Assembly (NCBI GenBank): GCA_041739995.1
Contig: JBGSMV010000074.1
Coordinates: forward strand, 1 to 48,774
Origin: Bdellovibrionota bacterium
Lineage (GTDB): Bacteria; Bdellovibrionota_C; UBA2361; JBGSMV01
DNA: 48,774 bases
Direction of reading: 5' to 3'
Part shown: positions 1 through 10,116 of the stretch, one piece after another
Layout: the number at the start of each line of letters is the position of its first letter
How positions within the stretch are numbered: position 1 is the first letter of the stretch
Program-made: the position numbers and the translations under genes
The notes under the pieces: model-generated
Database searches by the model: none
What the model saw: the letters and a program-made list of their open reading frames with translations, nothing else
What the model was told of the DNA's origin: nothing

Positions 1-980
1 TGCAGCAGAGATCTTTTCCCAGCAAAGTGGAGCTGCAGGTGGGAAGAGTAGATTTTTCGAGACTGCCAGTGTTCGCTCTCGAGCAGGAGTCTGAAAGTGA
101 GCGCGAGCTGCGGCTCTACCGCAGATATTTTGCCAAGAATCTGGACTATCGAAACAGTTTAACGATGGTAGAAAGGCGAGGGCTCATTCATACCGCGCCG
201 TCGTCGACCTGGACGATAGGACAAGATGGGCATCGCAGCGGAGCAGTAAGATCTCTCCCCACGCTCTACGGCGTGGACAAGGTGTACGATATCGGCTTCC
301 CCTATTTCCCTTTCCTATATCGACATGGCTTTCAATTTTTCACCGAGTATATGACAACTCCTCAGACTAGCGACTTTTCAGGTCCTGCGGTCAAGGCGGT
401 GTTTTCAACTTATGTTCGAAGCTGGATTCTACACTGGAACCAGACTAATGCGCCGCTGCGAGCCTCGATCGCAGCGGAAGGTGTGAGCCTCGGAACGGTA
501 TATTCGGGAAGACCGCATGTGTACTTTCATCAGATGGCAGGAGGAGAATCGATAGGCGCAAGCATCCGCGCGAGTCAGAATAACAGCCCGCAGGGTGGTG
601 GCGTTGTATATAACGATAGCGTAAACGGCTACACCTACTGGCAATTCAACGTGCATCTTTCTCTTCTTGGGGATCCAACGCTGCGGCTCGAGCATGTGGC
701 GCCGCCGAGAAATCTTAGTGCGGTGCGAATCAGCAATCGGGTGCGACTTTCCTGGCTCGGCTCCTCCGATCCTGAGGTAACCGGCTACCGGGTGTTTCGC
801 GTGCGCTCGCTCGAGCAAGCACCGGAATTGATTTCTGGGGTGGTAACCTCGCTTAGCTTTGACGACGTCAATCCTCCTCAAGGAGTGAACTTCTATGTAG
901 TGAGGGCGCTCAAGACTCAAGACACACCGAGCGGGAGCTATATGAACTTGGGCCAGGGGGCTGTGTGTGCTTCTCCTTAG
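1..980 (+). CDS. C25 (gingipain)-like domain plus C-terminal fibronectin type III domain protein, 5'-truncated by the window edge
   Basis: The reading frame is open from the window start. It has ELQVGRVDF and LLGDPTLRL motifs typical of C25-like folds, followed by an FN3 pattern (PPRNL..VRLSW..GYRVFR..FDD..YVVRA). Confidence 0.6.
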   Translation, partial: QQRSFPSKVELQVGRVDFSRLPVFALEQESESERELRLYRRYFAKNLDYRNSLTMVERRGLIHTAPSSTWTIGQDGHRSGAVRSLPTLYGVDKVYDIGFPYFPFLYRHGFQFFTEYMTTPQTSDFSGPAVKAVFSTYVRSWILHWNQTNAPLRASIAAEGVSLGTVYSGRPHVYFHQMAGGESIGASIRASQNNSPQGGGVVYNDSVNGYTYWQFNVHLSLLGDPTLRLEHVAPPRNLSAVRISNRVRLSWLGSSDPEVTGYRVFRVRSLEQAPELISGVVTSLSFDDVNPPQGVNFYVVRALKTQDTPSGSYMNLGQGAVCASP

Positions 981-1158
981 GGCTAGAACTAACTGAAGAT
1001 CGGCGGCGGTAGGTTGCCGTTTAGCCTCGAGACAAACAGCATCCGCCACTCAGTTGGGTAACGTGCTAATTAGAAGAGAGAATTGTCAGGGAAGTGCTCT
1101 TGAAATAGTGCCTACACTCTGTGCTAGCGTAACAGTTCTCGAACCTTGAAACCCCTTT

Positions 1159-2169
1159 ATGTTTTTCAAACTTCGATCCTCGTCTTCAGAGCGAGTGGAA
1201 CCTGCTGTCGCTCAAGCATCAAATTCAGTAACTGCTGCTGCGCTTGGATCTTTGCAAATTCCTGGAAGAGGTAGCATTGACCAGTCGCGGGAAGTCGCAC
1301 CGCGCTGTGCTCCCTGGCAGCCTGACCGAACATTGTTCCCTGCTTGCGAAAAGCCACGTGCGCTCGTCGTTGCATTTGGTGGATTTCGAGAGTGTGGTCC
1401 TTACCACTTCGGTTCTCTTGGGGAACAACTCCAAAAGGACGGTTGCATAGTTCACATGGCAAGCCTGCTTGGGCATGCTGAGAATGAGGTGGTGCCGACT
1501 TTGTTCTCGTCCCAGAATCTGATGAGCAAGGCGGTCAACGACGTCCAAGAAGCCCTGCAACATGGGCCACAGCTTCCACTGATTCTGATGGGATTTTCCG
1601 CGGGAGGTCTGGTGGCCCTGCAACTCGCGCAGCGTTTCGCGTTTCAGCCAGTGAGAGCAGTAATTTGTGAAGGACTTTTTCTACAGAGCCCCTCAGCGAT
1701 TCGACGCGCGTATCCGCTTATGCTGCGCCTTCAGCGCAGCCATCTATCAAGGGAAAAGTGGAAAGAGATCGCCTCCGGTCAAATCTCCTATTCTCCCTCT
1801 TCTGTTTCTGACTCCTGCCGCAGTGCCGATTGGGACGCGCGCCCACGAGTTCCTGCGGTAACCCGCGCAGCGATTTTGGGCTTGGATGATTTTCGAAGGG
1901 AAACGATCGCCTTGGTTAAGAATAACGGAGTGCCGTGTCCGATGTATCTCGCGCATGGAAAACGTGACCCCTCTTCCTCGCTTGGAGCGGTCGAGGGAAT
2001 GTTGCGTAGTCCGAACATTAGGGGCGGAGCGAATGAGATTCTCTTGTTGAGTCACTCAGCGCACTCTCTCGCACTGGGGCCAGAGCGAAAGATCTATGTA
2101 AATTGGGTGCAGCATCTAATCATGAAGCGATCGGAGCGCTGCTCTACAGGAGCTCGTCCCGAAGCCTGA
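1159..2169 (+). CDS. Alpha/beta hydrolase (esterase/lipase-like)
   Basis: Nucleophile elbow GFSAG (GxSxG), HGKRD acid motif and C-terminal SAH histidine. Confidence 0.75.
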   Translation: MFFKLRSSSSERVEPAVAQASNSVTAAALGSLQIPGRGSIDQSREVAPRCAPWQPDRTLFPACEKPRALVVAFGGFRECGPYHFGSLGEQLQKDGCIVHMASLLGHAENEVVPTLFSSQNLMSKAVNDVQEALQHGPQLPLILMGFSAGGLVALQLAQRFAFQPVRAVICEGLFLQSPSAIRRAYPLMLRLQRSHLSREKWKEIASGQISYSPSSVSDSCRSADWDARPRVPAVTRAAILGLDDFRRETIALVKNNGVPCPMYLAHGKRDPSSSLGAVEGMLRSPNIRGGANEILLLSHSAHSLALGPERKIYVNWVQHLIMKRSERCSTGARPEA

Positions 2170-2191
2170 GATATGTGAGTATCCATGCGAA

Positions 2192-4030
2192 ATGACCACT
2201 TCTGACCTAAATAAAACCCCCCACGACGTACTTGATCAAGTCTTCGGCTATTCAAATTTTCGACTGAGCCAAGAGGAAGTTATTTCTCACGTGCTACGTG
2301 GTGAGGACTGTTTAGTTCTCATGCCCACGGGCGCGGGGAAGAGTCTTTGCTACCAAGTACCCGCGCTCTGTCTTGACGGACTCTCTATAGTAGTCTCTCC
2401 GCTCATCGCTTTAATGGCGGATCAGGTGCAGGCGTTGCGCGCCGCAGGCGTGCACGCAGCGGCACTTAATTCCTCGATGCCCTCAGAGGAACAAGGCCAG
2501 GTGATGGCCGCCGCGCGCAGAGGAGAGCTAAAGTTGCTTTATCTTGCGCCTGAACGTCTGCTGCTTGAAGGAACAAAGGAGTTCTTGCGAACTTTGCCTA
2601 TCTCTCTGCTTGCAGTGGATGAGGCGCATTGCGTGTCAGCTTGGGGGCATGATTTCAGACCCGAGTATCTTCGCATCTCTGAGATTCGAGACCTACTGGG
2701 GCCAGTGCCTTGCATTGCGCTTACCGCCACAGCGGATGAACCCACCAGGAAAGAGATCATCGAGAAGTTGCGTTTGCGCGGCGCGCATTCGTTCGTTACT
2801 GGGTTCGACAGACCAAATATTCAGTACCGTATTGCCCTAAAAGATCGCGGCCGTGAACAGCTTTTGTCATTCCTAAAAGCTGAGCACCCCCGAGATGCCG
2901 GCATCGTGTATTGCATTAGTAGAAAATCAGTAGAGCAAACCGCAGCTTTTCTCAAAGGGAATGGCTTTCACGCCCTGCCCTACCATGCGGGGCTTCCCGC
3001 CGAGGAACGCAATGCAAACCAGCGCCGATTTTTGGACGAAGAAGGCGTCGTGGTGGTAGCCACCATTGCGTTCGGCATGGGGATAGATAAATCAAACGTG
3101 CGCTTTGTTGCCCATCTTGACTTGCCTAAGAGCATCGAGGCCTACTACCAAGAAACAGGGCGCGCAGGTCGAGACGGTTTGGCTTCGACCGCCTGGATGG
3201 TCTATGGCCTCAACGATATCGCGCGGCAGCGCATGATGATTGAGCAATCAGACGCTTCCGACGATAAGAAGTCTCTCGAGCATCGCAAGCTCAACGCTCT
3301 GTTAGGCCTTTGTGAAACTAGTAGTTGTAGGCGGGCAGTGCTGCTTAACTACTTTGGTGGTGAAGCTGCGGAGACTTGCGGAAATTGCGACACTTGCCTC
3401 GTTCCGGTACAGACCTGGGAAGGCACCGTTGAGGCGCAGCAAGCGCTCTCTTGTGTGTATCGCACTGGTGAACGATTCGGGGTGCAATATTTAACCGAGG
3501 TGCTGCGCGGCGAAACTTCTGAACGGATGGAACGCTTAGGCCATGACAAGCTCAAAGTCTTTGGGCTCGGGACATCACATTCGAAAGACGAGTGGACTTC
3601 AATTTTTCGGCAATTGGTAGCTTCCGGGCATGCCACCGTTCTTCTCGACTCGTATGGTGGCTTGGCACTGACGGAAAAAAGTAGATCTGTTCTTAAAGGG
3701 CAGACGCCCGTTTGGTTTCGCTCGGATGTGCTTGCACCGCGCTCAAAGAAAAAACGCCCAAGCTCTGGCACTAGTCTCAACACTCAGTTTACTTCGAAAG
3801 AGAACGAGCTTTGGGAAACTCTTCGAAGTACTCGCCTAAAACTCGCGAAAGCCAGTCACGTGCCTCCTTACGTGATATTTCATGATGCGACTTTAAAAGA
3901 AATGACGCAGCTGAAGCCGCGAACGCTTGACGAGCTTCGTCAGGTCTCTGGAGTTGGGGACAAGAAACTAGAGCGCTATGGGCGTGAATTTCTTGAAGCG
4001 ATTGAGACAGTTCTATCCACTTCGGATTAG
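2192..4030 (+). CDS. recQ: ATP-dependent DNA helicase RecQ
   Basis: [39 protein letters not shown], Zn-binding RQC region (CRR..CGNCDTC) and C-terminal HRDC. Confidence 0.98.
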   Translation: MTTSDLNKTPHDVLDQVFGYSNFRLSQEEVISHVLRGEDCLVLMPTGAGKSLCYQVPALCLDGLSIVVSPLIALMADQVQALRAAGVHAAALNSSMPSEEQGQVMAAARRGELKLLYLAPERLLLEGTKEFLRTLPISLLAVDEAHCVSAWGHDFRPEYLRISEIRDLLGPVPCIALTATADEPTRKEIIEKLRLRGAHSFVTGFDRPNIQYRIALKDRGREQLLSFLKAEHPRDAGIVYCISRKSVEQTAAFLKGNGFHALPYHAGLPAEERNANQRRFLDEEGVVVVATIAFGMGIDKSNVRFVAHLDLPKSIEAYYQETGRAGRDGLASTAWMVYGLNDIARQRMMIEQSDASDDKKSLEHRKLNALLGLCETSSCRRAVLLNYFGGEAAETCGNCDTCLVPVQTWEGTVEAQQALSCVYRTGERFGVQYLTEVLRGETSERMERLGHDKLKVFGLGTSHSKDEWTSIFRQLVASGHATVLLDSYGGLALTEKSRSVLKGQTPVWFRSDVLAPRSKKKRPSSGTSLNTQFTSKENELWETLRSTRLKLAKASHVPPYVIFHDATLKEMTQLKPRTLDELRQVSGVGDKKLERYGREFLEAIETVLSTSD

Positions 4031-4142
4031 AAGCCTTTACCGAGTGCCACCTCACACCTACTTGTCGGAGTTGTATATTCGCGTTGTTCCTCACGGACGC
4101 AACTCAGGCGTTCCTTGAGCACTCATGACCCAACGTTTTCGG

Positions 4143-5702
4143 CTAGTCCCTGGTCAATTCTCCTTGGTCGGAGAGAAGTAAAGCGACCCCTCCTGAAGCT
4201 TTGGCGAGCTTGGATAGCTCCGGGTTCCGCTCTCCGACAGAGAAGGCATGTAGCCTCACGCCCTTGAGGTCCGCAAGCGTAGTATTAAACCCATGGTCAA
4301 TGCCATCGGTAACAATCGCAATTTCTGGCCTTACGCCTCCAGTCTGCTCCTGACGTTTGAGGATCGATTCGACGGCTCTGCCAATCGCATGGGAAATTCG
4401 TGTATCACCACCCGAGAAATTATTCTTCTTTAAACGCAGTAGGGTGCTCTGCGCGTCTTCAGGAGCCTTCGCCTCAAACTCCGGGAATACGTCTGCATCA
4501 AACATGCGATACTGCAGCTCGGCTTCGCCTTTCACCACTCCTTTGAGACGATTAACCAACACCGCTAGTGCAAGTGAAGCACGGTTGTAGTGCGACATGC
4601 TCCCAGAGGAATCAATCAACAAGTACAATAACTGCTTCTGAGTCTCCGGTGCGATGTGCTCACGCACCATTGGTTCTCGGTTCAGAACTTTTGACCAGAA
4701 CAAGGCAGACTGTTCAAAGAACAGCGCCCAGTTACTCTTGGCAATGAGCGGAAGCTCATTTAGGTCCCGCATCATACGATGCTGGGTCTCGACACCGTGT
4801 CGATTCGGTTTAACGCTGCGTACTCCCGACATTCCCAGGGTTGGAACCGAATCGAGGGCTCGTGCTACCTTGAGCATGGCTTGAAGCCCACTCGAAGAGA
4901 GCAGGCTCTCCGCAATTTCAACAGTTTCTGATAGTTCATCGTAATGCACCAGACTCGCCGATCCGTTTGCGGGAACCATCGCCATTCTCTCTACATCGTC
5001 GAGCGAACCGATTGTTTGCAGGGTGCGATTGACCTTTTCTATGGCCGAGTCGACTTCCGTGGGACGCGAGAAAAACGAAACCCCATCATACGATCCGTCA
5101 TCCACCCCAGCGGAGCGATCAACATGCCCAAGCAGCTTCAACACGGCTACTGACTTTTCTAGAGAAGTTTTGCCAGGAACTTTGGAATAATCGATAGATT
5201 TAATCACCCGCATAAGCCCCGACATATGCGCTTCAGTTGTATGTGCATCGAGCTTTCTGCGATGGGCCTCCGCGCGCCAAATCGACGGCGGCACGAATCG
5301 TCCCCCCGCAATGATGTTGTCAAAGCAACGAACCAAGTCAGAAGAGAACGGATCAAGACCGATCCGCTTTGCCACCTTCTTTATTTGACTGTCACTCGCC
5401 TCAGCTACTCCCTCAGGGGGTGCAGTGAGAAAATTGAGTGCGCGCCCCGGTCGCCGCCGCAGCTTTCTAGTGAGGTTTGCCAGTCGATTCGCTGCTGAAC
5501 TACCCCCTGTCGATTTACCCCAGGCGCCTTGGGTGGGATACTTTAGCTTTTCGAGTGCGGCGAAGAGCTCTTGAGCACGACTCTGCGCTTCTTCCACCGG
5601 GAGGAGGCTCCCATCACTTCTGTAGAAGGAGGGGAGCCCTTTCTCTTTTCGCTTGGGCTCGCTCCGCTTTCTATTCTGCCGGCTACTATGTTGACTAGCC
5701 AT
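4143..5702 (-). CDS. VWA (MIDAS) domain protein, ViaA-like partner of the upstream AAA+ ATPase
   Basis: C-terminal LLIDSSGSM (DxSxS), GGDT and IVTDG complete a MIDAS site. It overlaps the AAA+ gene by 8 nt. Confidence 0.85.
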   Translation of the reverse strand: MASQHSSRQNRKRSEPKRKEKGLPSFYRSDGSLLPVEEAQSRAQELFAALEKLKYPTQGAWGKSTGGSSAANRLANLTRKLRRRPGRALNFLTAPPEGVAEASDSQIKKVAKRIGLDPFSSDLVRCFDNIIAGGRFVPPSIWRAEAHRRKLDAHTTEAHMSGLMRVIKSIDYSKVPGKTSLEKSVAVLKLLGHVDRSAGVDDGSYDGVSFFSRPTEVDSAIEKVNRTLQTIGSLDDVERMAMVPANGSASLVHYDELSETVEIAESLLSSSGLQAMLKVARALDSVPTLGMSGVRSVKPNRHGVETQHRMMRDLNELPLIAKSNWALFFEQSALFWSKVLNREPMVREHIAPETQKQLLYLLIDSSGSMSHYNRASLALAVLVNRLKGVVKGEAELQYRMFDADVFPEFEAKAPEDAQSTLLRLKKNNFSGGDTRISHAIGRAVESILKRQEQTGGVRPEIAIVTDGIDHGFNTTLADLKGVRLHAFSVGERNPELSKLAKASGGVALLLSDQGELTRD

Positions 5703-6936
5703 CGCTGTTCTCCCGAATAATCTTGTTTAGTTCGATGGTGCGTTTGGTCAGCGACTCAACCAGTGAAGTTACTTCCTTCTGCATAGTAGCCACTCGGGTT
5801 TGGTGTTTGGTCGGTACGGAGCAATTCACTAGTTCTTCTTCAAGCGCCTGGAGAGCGGTCGCCATATCAAGAACTTCCTGCATCCGAACTGGTGCTTTGA
5901 GAAGATCTTTCCCGGCATCACGCATGTTTTCCCAAGTTTCAAAGTCGCTCGCGAACTGAGCTTCCTGAATTCGCTCCTGCCATTCCCCGGCCTTCTTTCG
6001 TCCTGTTTCTTCCAGTCCGGGGATTAGCTCCAGTTGCGCAAGCGCTCGCTCATCGAAAGCTCCGAACTCCTCTGCCGCATTGAGTACGATTTCAAAGGCC
6101 TGAACTGCGGTTCTCGGTGAGATCGGTCGGCCCTTTTTCCCCGCTTCAGCGATGAGTTTCGCGAACTCCCGTCGCATGGTGTCACCCCCAAGGTTTAAAA
6201 CCTGAAACATTTTTCCGTAGGTTTTCTCTGAGTATTCCTCCCAGTCGACTTTTACGACCAAAGGGAACCGATCAACGAAGGCCTTATAGCTCTCTCCCAT
6301 GGCAACAATTTCTTCGGGACTCTTGTTGGTCATGGCAATGATAAGGCGATTTTTACTTGGGAATGGATCCGCACTTTTAAAGAGACACTTTGCGGTCAAC
6401 GTATTCTTAAGCGAACACAACACCTGTGGAGGCGCGTCAAAAACCTCCTCGAAGATAGCGATCTCGCTGTTGAGAAAACTCCGCTCCGGGTGGTAGTCGA
6501 GGATATGCTCCTCTTTCATACGCTTAAAATTGTATCCACCCCAAAGACTGGCTTCGTCCGTCCCTTCGCCAAAGTCTTGAACGAAGGTAACATCATCAAG
6601 TTCAAGCCCCTTGATGATATCTCTCACCACTGCCGACTTTGCATGGCCGGTCGGACCCCACAGCAAGACATTCTTCCCGCTACGTAGACCTCGCGCGATG
6701 GCATCAGCGATTTTTTCGCAGAACACGAAGCGCGCATTCACGATCTCACGAACTTCTTGAGTGGTGAGCTCTGCCAGTTGTTCCCGAACTAACTCCACTC
6801 GCGAAGGAGCCTTAAGCCCCTTCCTTCCGTCAAGCGTCGCCAAGGGCGCGGCCGAAACCGCCCTTTCAGAGTTTGTTTCATCCGGGGTTAATGCATCTGG
6901 AGTCAATGCCTTGGGGGTCAACGTCGGTGCAGTCAT
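5695..6936 (-). CDS. MoxR/RavA-like AAA+ ATPase
   Basis: Walker A GPTGHAKS (RavA-type GxxGxAKS), Walker B IAIFEE, sensor-1 MTN, arginine finger DRF, helical C-terminus. SD GAGGAGG lies upstream. Confidence 0.85.
   Translation of the reverse strand: MTAPTLTPKALTPDALTPDETNSERAVSAAPLATLDGRKGLKAPSRVELVREQLAELTTQEVREIVNARFVFCEKIADAIARGLRSGKNVLLWGPTGHAKSAVVRDIIKGLELDDVTFVQDFGEGTDEASLWGGYNFKRMKEEHILDYHPERSFLNSEIAIFEEVFDAPPQVLCSLKNTLTAKCLFKSADPFPSKNRLIIAMTNKSPEEIVAMGESYKAFVDRFPLVVKVDWEEYSEKTYGKMFQVLNLGGDTMRREFAKLIAEAGKKGRPISPRTAVQAFEIVLNAAEEFGAFDERALAQLELIPGLEETGRKKAGEWQERIQEAQFASDFETWENMRDAGKDLLKAPVRMQEVLDMATALQALEEELVNCSVPTKHQTRVATMQKEVTSLVESLTKRTIELNKIIRENSDG
6880..6924 (-). repeat. Imperfect 15-bp x3 coding tandem repeat (TLTPK-ALTPD-ALTPD)
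   Basis: Visible in both DNA and the N-terminal peptide of the AAA+ ATPase. Confidence 0.7.
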
Positions 6937-6945
6937 GTAAGCCTC

Positions 6946-6969
6946 CTCAAAAAATCAGCTATTTTTGAG
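6946..6969. promoter_or_regulatory. Inverted repeat overlapping the AAA+ Shine-Dalgarno in the divergent intergenic region
   Basis: CTCAAAAA-N8-TTTTTGAG; one arm includes the first bases of the minus-strand GAGGAGG. Confidence 0.4.
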
Positions 6970-7155
6970 ATTTATCAATGAGGGGAAACGCAACCTGAGA
7001 GGTGTCGAAATTAACAGCTAAAGAGCAGTTTTTCTGCTAATTGCGATACACAGCAGCATTTAGGCGATGGTTGAATAGCTGCTCCATCCGGGGCCAGTTT
7101 ATCGCTTAATCCTGCACCTTTTGAGTAGCCCCTCGAGCCTTGCTATCTTTGGACC

Positions 7156-9795
7156 ATGCCCGCAACAAGTTCAATTACGCCACGGGGCGATCGCCCTCGT
7201 GCGGGACTTCCCCAGAAAGGTGCCGTCGATTGCAATGAACATTCCCTCGTCCCCATCCAGATGGAGCGGCGAGAGCTGGTGGGGCAGGATCTTCCTCAGG
7301 CCATCGCAATCCAGGTCCTCAACGTCTCGCTTTTTCGCGAGGGACGCCGCATACAGAGTCCGGAACTCAGAACCATTCTTCAGCTCAAAGAACCAGACGC
7401 CGTGACCATGGCTCCCTACTTTCGATCCGCTGACGGCGAACTTCACATGGTGATGATGGAGCGCCTGTGCCTGCCCGCCGCCGGAGCAACACTCACGCTT
7501 CTCCCTCGGCGCTATCTTCATGAAGCTTCGCTTGAGTTTGATTTGGGCGCTGCAAGTCAGAGCATTCTCTCGAGAAGCGGTTCAAGACCCCTATCAGCGC
7601 CTTCGCTTTTGAGTGGCCCCTCGACCCCGCTGCCCGGAGTGTGTCCGGTGGTAGTCTTTCCTTTTGCCTGTGAGATCGAGCCATGGAAGGGTGAGCGCGT
7701 ATATTTTGATCCTTTTTACGGCCCCATTCGCTTCCGTCCGACTCCCGCACAGGTAGTTATTAGCAATTCCCTCAGTTCTCCAGACGCCGATCTTAACGCT
7801 CTGCACTCAGCCTTTCGATTGAGTTCATCCTTTAATCTCAAGGTGTTTCTTCCGAACCACATCAAGTCTGTCGTCGAAGCCGCTCGTCCACAGCGTCTTG
7901 AAGCAGGACACACCACCACTGCGGCAAAATTAGAATCCCACGTTTGGGGAACACCGCCCCCTGGGGTTCCTGATGAGCTTCGTGTCGATGCGGCGCCCGC
8001 TGACAGCAAATCATTTTTGCGTACGTGCCAAGTCCAAGTTGAGCGACGCTACAAGGGCTACCAAGACATGCATCAAATACAAGGAGATGTCGTGGGACTC
8101 TCGGCTCCCCTGGGGAAACAGGTAGCCGTGGTCTGTTTCGTTCGGGGCCGAGATCCTTCCGGGAAAGATGACGTATATGTTCTCGGCAATATTGGTAGTC
8201 GCGAGCTCACTTCTCGAGAGCTCTCAAATCATCCAATTCAAAGTGAAGAGCCTGAGCAGAGTCTAGAGCCGGTCACCTTTTACACCGGGGATAATCCGGC
8301 TGCGAGCGACATTGTCGCTCAGGTGAGTCAGCAGACGGGGTTAAAGCCCCGCGGTGCCCCTGCGAAGGTCGGGTCCTTTAGACTTATCCCCGAGTTCTTA
8401 GATCTTTCAACTGATCTCTACCTGCTTGAAGTTGACGCGAGCAATTTCAACTCGACTCCGAACGTGCCTGGCCTTTGGCAAAGCTTTGTGTCCCTCGATG
8501 AACTGCGTCGTGCCTCGGATGAGGGTGTTAACCGCTCGCTCCTCTTAGCCACCGGTGCTGAGCTCATCGGCGCAGCGCTTGGCTATCAGTATGCCACCGC
8601 GAGACCTTTTGCTATGCCAGACGAGGAACGGCGCTTCACCGAACTCATTCGTACCGGGTCACATTACCGCGACCTGCTCGCGCAGAACTTTTCAAAGCAG
8701 CTTTTGACGATGGGGCAGAGCGATGTATTCCATCGTCTCCTGGAATTAGCGTTCAACGATGGTGTTGGTTTCAAGGATTCCGATGTTGATTTCTATTCGG
8801 AAGTTCCGGAATACGCCCTCAATCATGAACTTCCACCGTTTGGGCGCTTTATGCTTCTTCTTCATGATTGGTTTCATTCCCGCGTCGGAAGCTTCATTCC
8901 CCAAGGCGCAAGCGAGAGCGCTGCCTCGACGGTCTCCCTTGAAGACTACACCGCGTCGGTGCTGCTTGATGAGTCTGAGGCGGTCTTTTTCTCCGACGTA
9001 TTTCTTGCACAGCGCTATGGCTATGACGCCTGGCGAGCAGAGAATCATGGAGAACCATCTTTGGGGGAGGCTCTCGAGATATCTGGCCTGAATTCTCCCG
9101 AGGAGAAAAAAGCTGCGGTCCGAGAGATTATTTGCAACGGCAAAGTCCCGTCTGCCCTCCTCCAATCGCAGCGTTGGGCGGAATTTCGAGATACGGTGCT
9201 CTATTTTAGGGCCTATCACGATCGTGACGTGCTGAATGCGACTCGCTCGTTTGAATTTTGGAACTCCCACCCTGAAACAGCGCGAGCAGTAACTGAGTTC
9301 AATCCGCATTGCTCAGCATCAGTCGAGGAGCATCGTCGCTCGCTAGAAGATACCATCTCGCTTATTGGGGCGACGCGGGATCGCGGCATCAATCCGATAA
9401 AGAATCGAATTAATTCTGTACGCAATACGGAGCTCTTGAAATCAGCAGTGCGAGTCGGATTTCTCCTTGATACGGTCACCGAATTAGTCGCCAAAGAAGA
9501 GTTGATGGTCCTTCGGGAGAAGCTCGTGACCCTTCGAGGTACTCTTGAAGGCGCCCTGACTCGCGCGCATGGCGTACACTCTTCATCTGGAAATGTAGCG
9601 GCTTGGCGCCTTGCGGAAGTGGTTGAGACAGAGAACTCGGCGATTCATGAGAGAATTGCCGCGGTGGCTGAAAACATCATCGCCGACCCAGCTTCCCGAG
9701 AGCAGCTTCTCACTCGCATCCCACTTTGGGAGGCCATGTTCGACGTTAAACGGGAATGGCTACGCTATGCTGACGATCCATTGATGGATCCATAG
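7156..9795 (+). CDS. Hypothetical 879-aa protein; two degenerate Nudix-like domains plus HDxxH zincin-like helical region
   Basis: Long uninterrupted ORF. PDAVTMAPYF and VAVVCF..SLEPVT..VSQQTGLK..GSFRLIPEF..LYLLEV resemble the ADP-ribose pyrophosphatase layout. LLLHDWFH is followed later by ESEA. Confidence 0.55.
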   Translation: MPATSSITPRGDRPRAGLPQKGAVDCNEHSLVPIQMERRELVGQDLPQAIAIQVLNVSLFREGRRIQSPELRTILQLKEPDAVTMAPYFRSADGELHMVMMERLCLPAAGATLTLLPRRYLHEASLEFDLGAASQSILSRSGSRPLSAPSLLSGPSTPLPGVCPVVVFPFACEIEPWKGERVYFDPFYGPIRFRPTPAQVVISNSLSSPDADLNALHSAFRLSSSFNLKVFLPNHIKSVVEAARPQRLEAGHTTTAAKLESHVWGTPPPGVPDELRVDAAPADSKSFLRTCQVQVERRYKGYQDMHQIQGDVVGLSAPLGKQVAVVCFVRGRDPSGKDDVYVLGNIGSRELTSRELSNHPIQSEEPEQSLEPVTFYTGDNPAASDIVAQVSQQTGLKPRGAPAKVGSFRLIPEFLDLSTDLYLLEVDASNFNSTPNVPGLWQSFVSLDELRRASDEGVNRSLLLATGAELIGAALGYQYATARPFAMPDEERRFTELIRTGSHYRDLLAQNFSKQLLTMGQSDVFHRLLELAFNDGVGFKDSDVDFYSEVPEYALNHELPPFGRFMLLLHDWFHSRVGSFIPQGASESAASTVSLEDYTASVLLDESEAVFFSDVFLAQRYGYDAWRAENHGEPSLGEALEISGLNSPEEKKAAVREIICNGKVPSALLQSQRWAEFRDTVLYFRAYHDRDVLNATRSFEFWNSHPETARAVTEFNPHCSASVEEHRRSLEDTISLIGATRDRGINPIKNRINSVRNTELLKSAVRVGFLLDTVTELVAKEELMVLREKLVTLRGTLEGALTRAHGVHSSSGNVAAWRLAEVVETENSAIHERIAAVAENIIADPASREQLLTRIPLWEAMFDVKREWLRYADDPLMDP

Positions 9796-10116
9796 AGTAA
9801 GGCTTCGAAGATTCCGGAACAACGCCGCCACGCGCAAACCTTTATAAAGTGGAAAGAGTGAAGCCTCGCCGAAGAGGCGACACGGCACCTCAGCCCGATA
9901 TATGGAACAATAGCCATCCTACTTCGACTCAAACAAACCATCCCAGTCACTTCAGTTCCTAATCGACTAGAGTTGTCCCCGAAGATTGATTTATTTATAG
10001 GTGATTTAGGATGACGAAAATGTTCAGGGCTTCAACTAAAGTTCCCTTTTGAAGCCGATACATTTTTGAGATACTTGCGCGGGATTCTATTCGTAGGGAG
10101 TATCTGGAGCAGTTGC

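Noticed and set aside
1005..1016. GGCGGTAGGTTG matches the RfaH ops consensus
   Set aside because: It is not in the leader of a long polysaccharide or secretion operon and sits within a small post-gene hairpin; probably chance.
429..1049. 206-aa antisense ORF, representative of the many shadow ORFs in the track
   Set aside because: It lies opposite a well-supported gene, has no motifs and has atypical composition.
2192..6936. recQ plus AAA+/vWA as a single defence operon
   Set aside because: recQ is a canonical housekeeping form and is convergent with, not co-transcribed with, the pair.
10028..10061. Third GCCGATA sigma28-like -10 box
   Set aside because: Candidate -35 elements are spaced 13 or 17 nt rather than 15, and the site is explained by a GGCTTCAA/TTGAAGCC inverted repeat.
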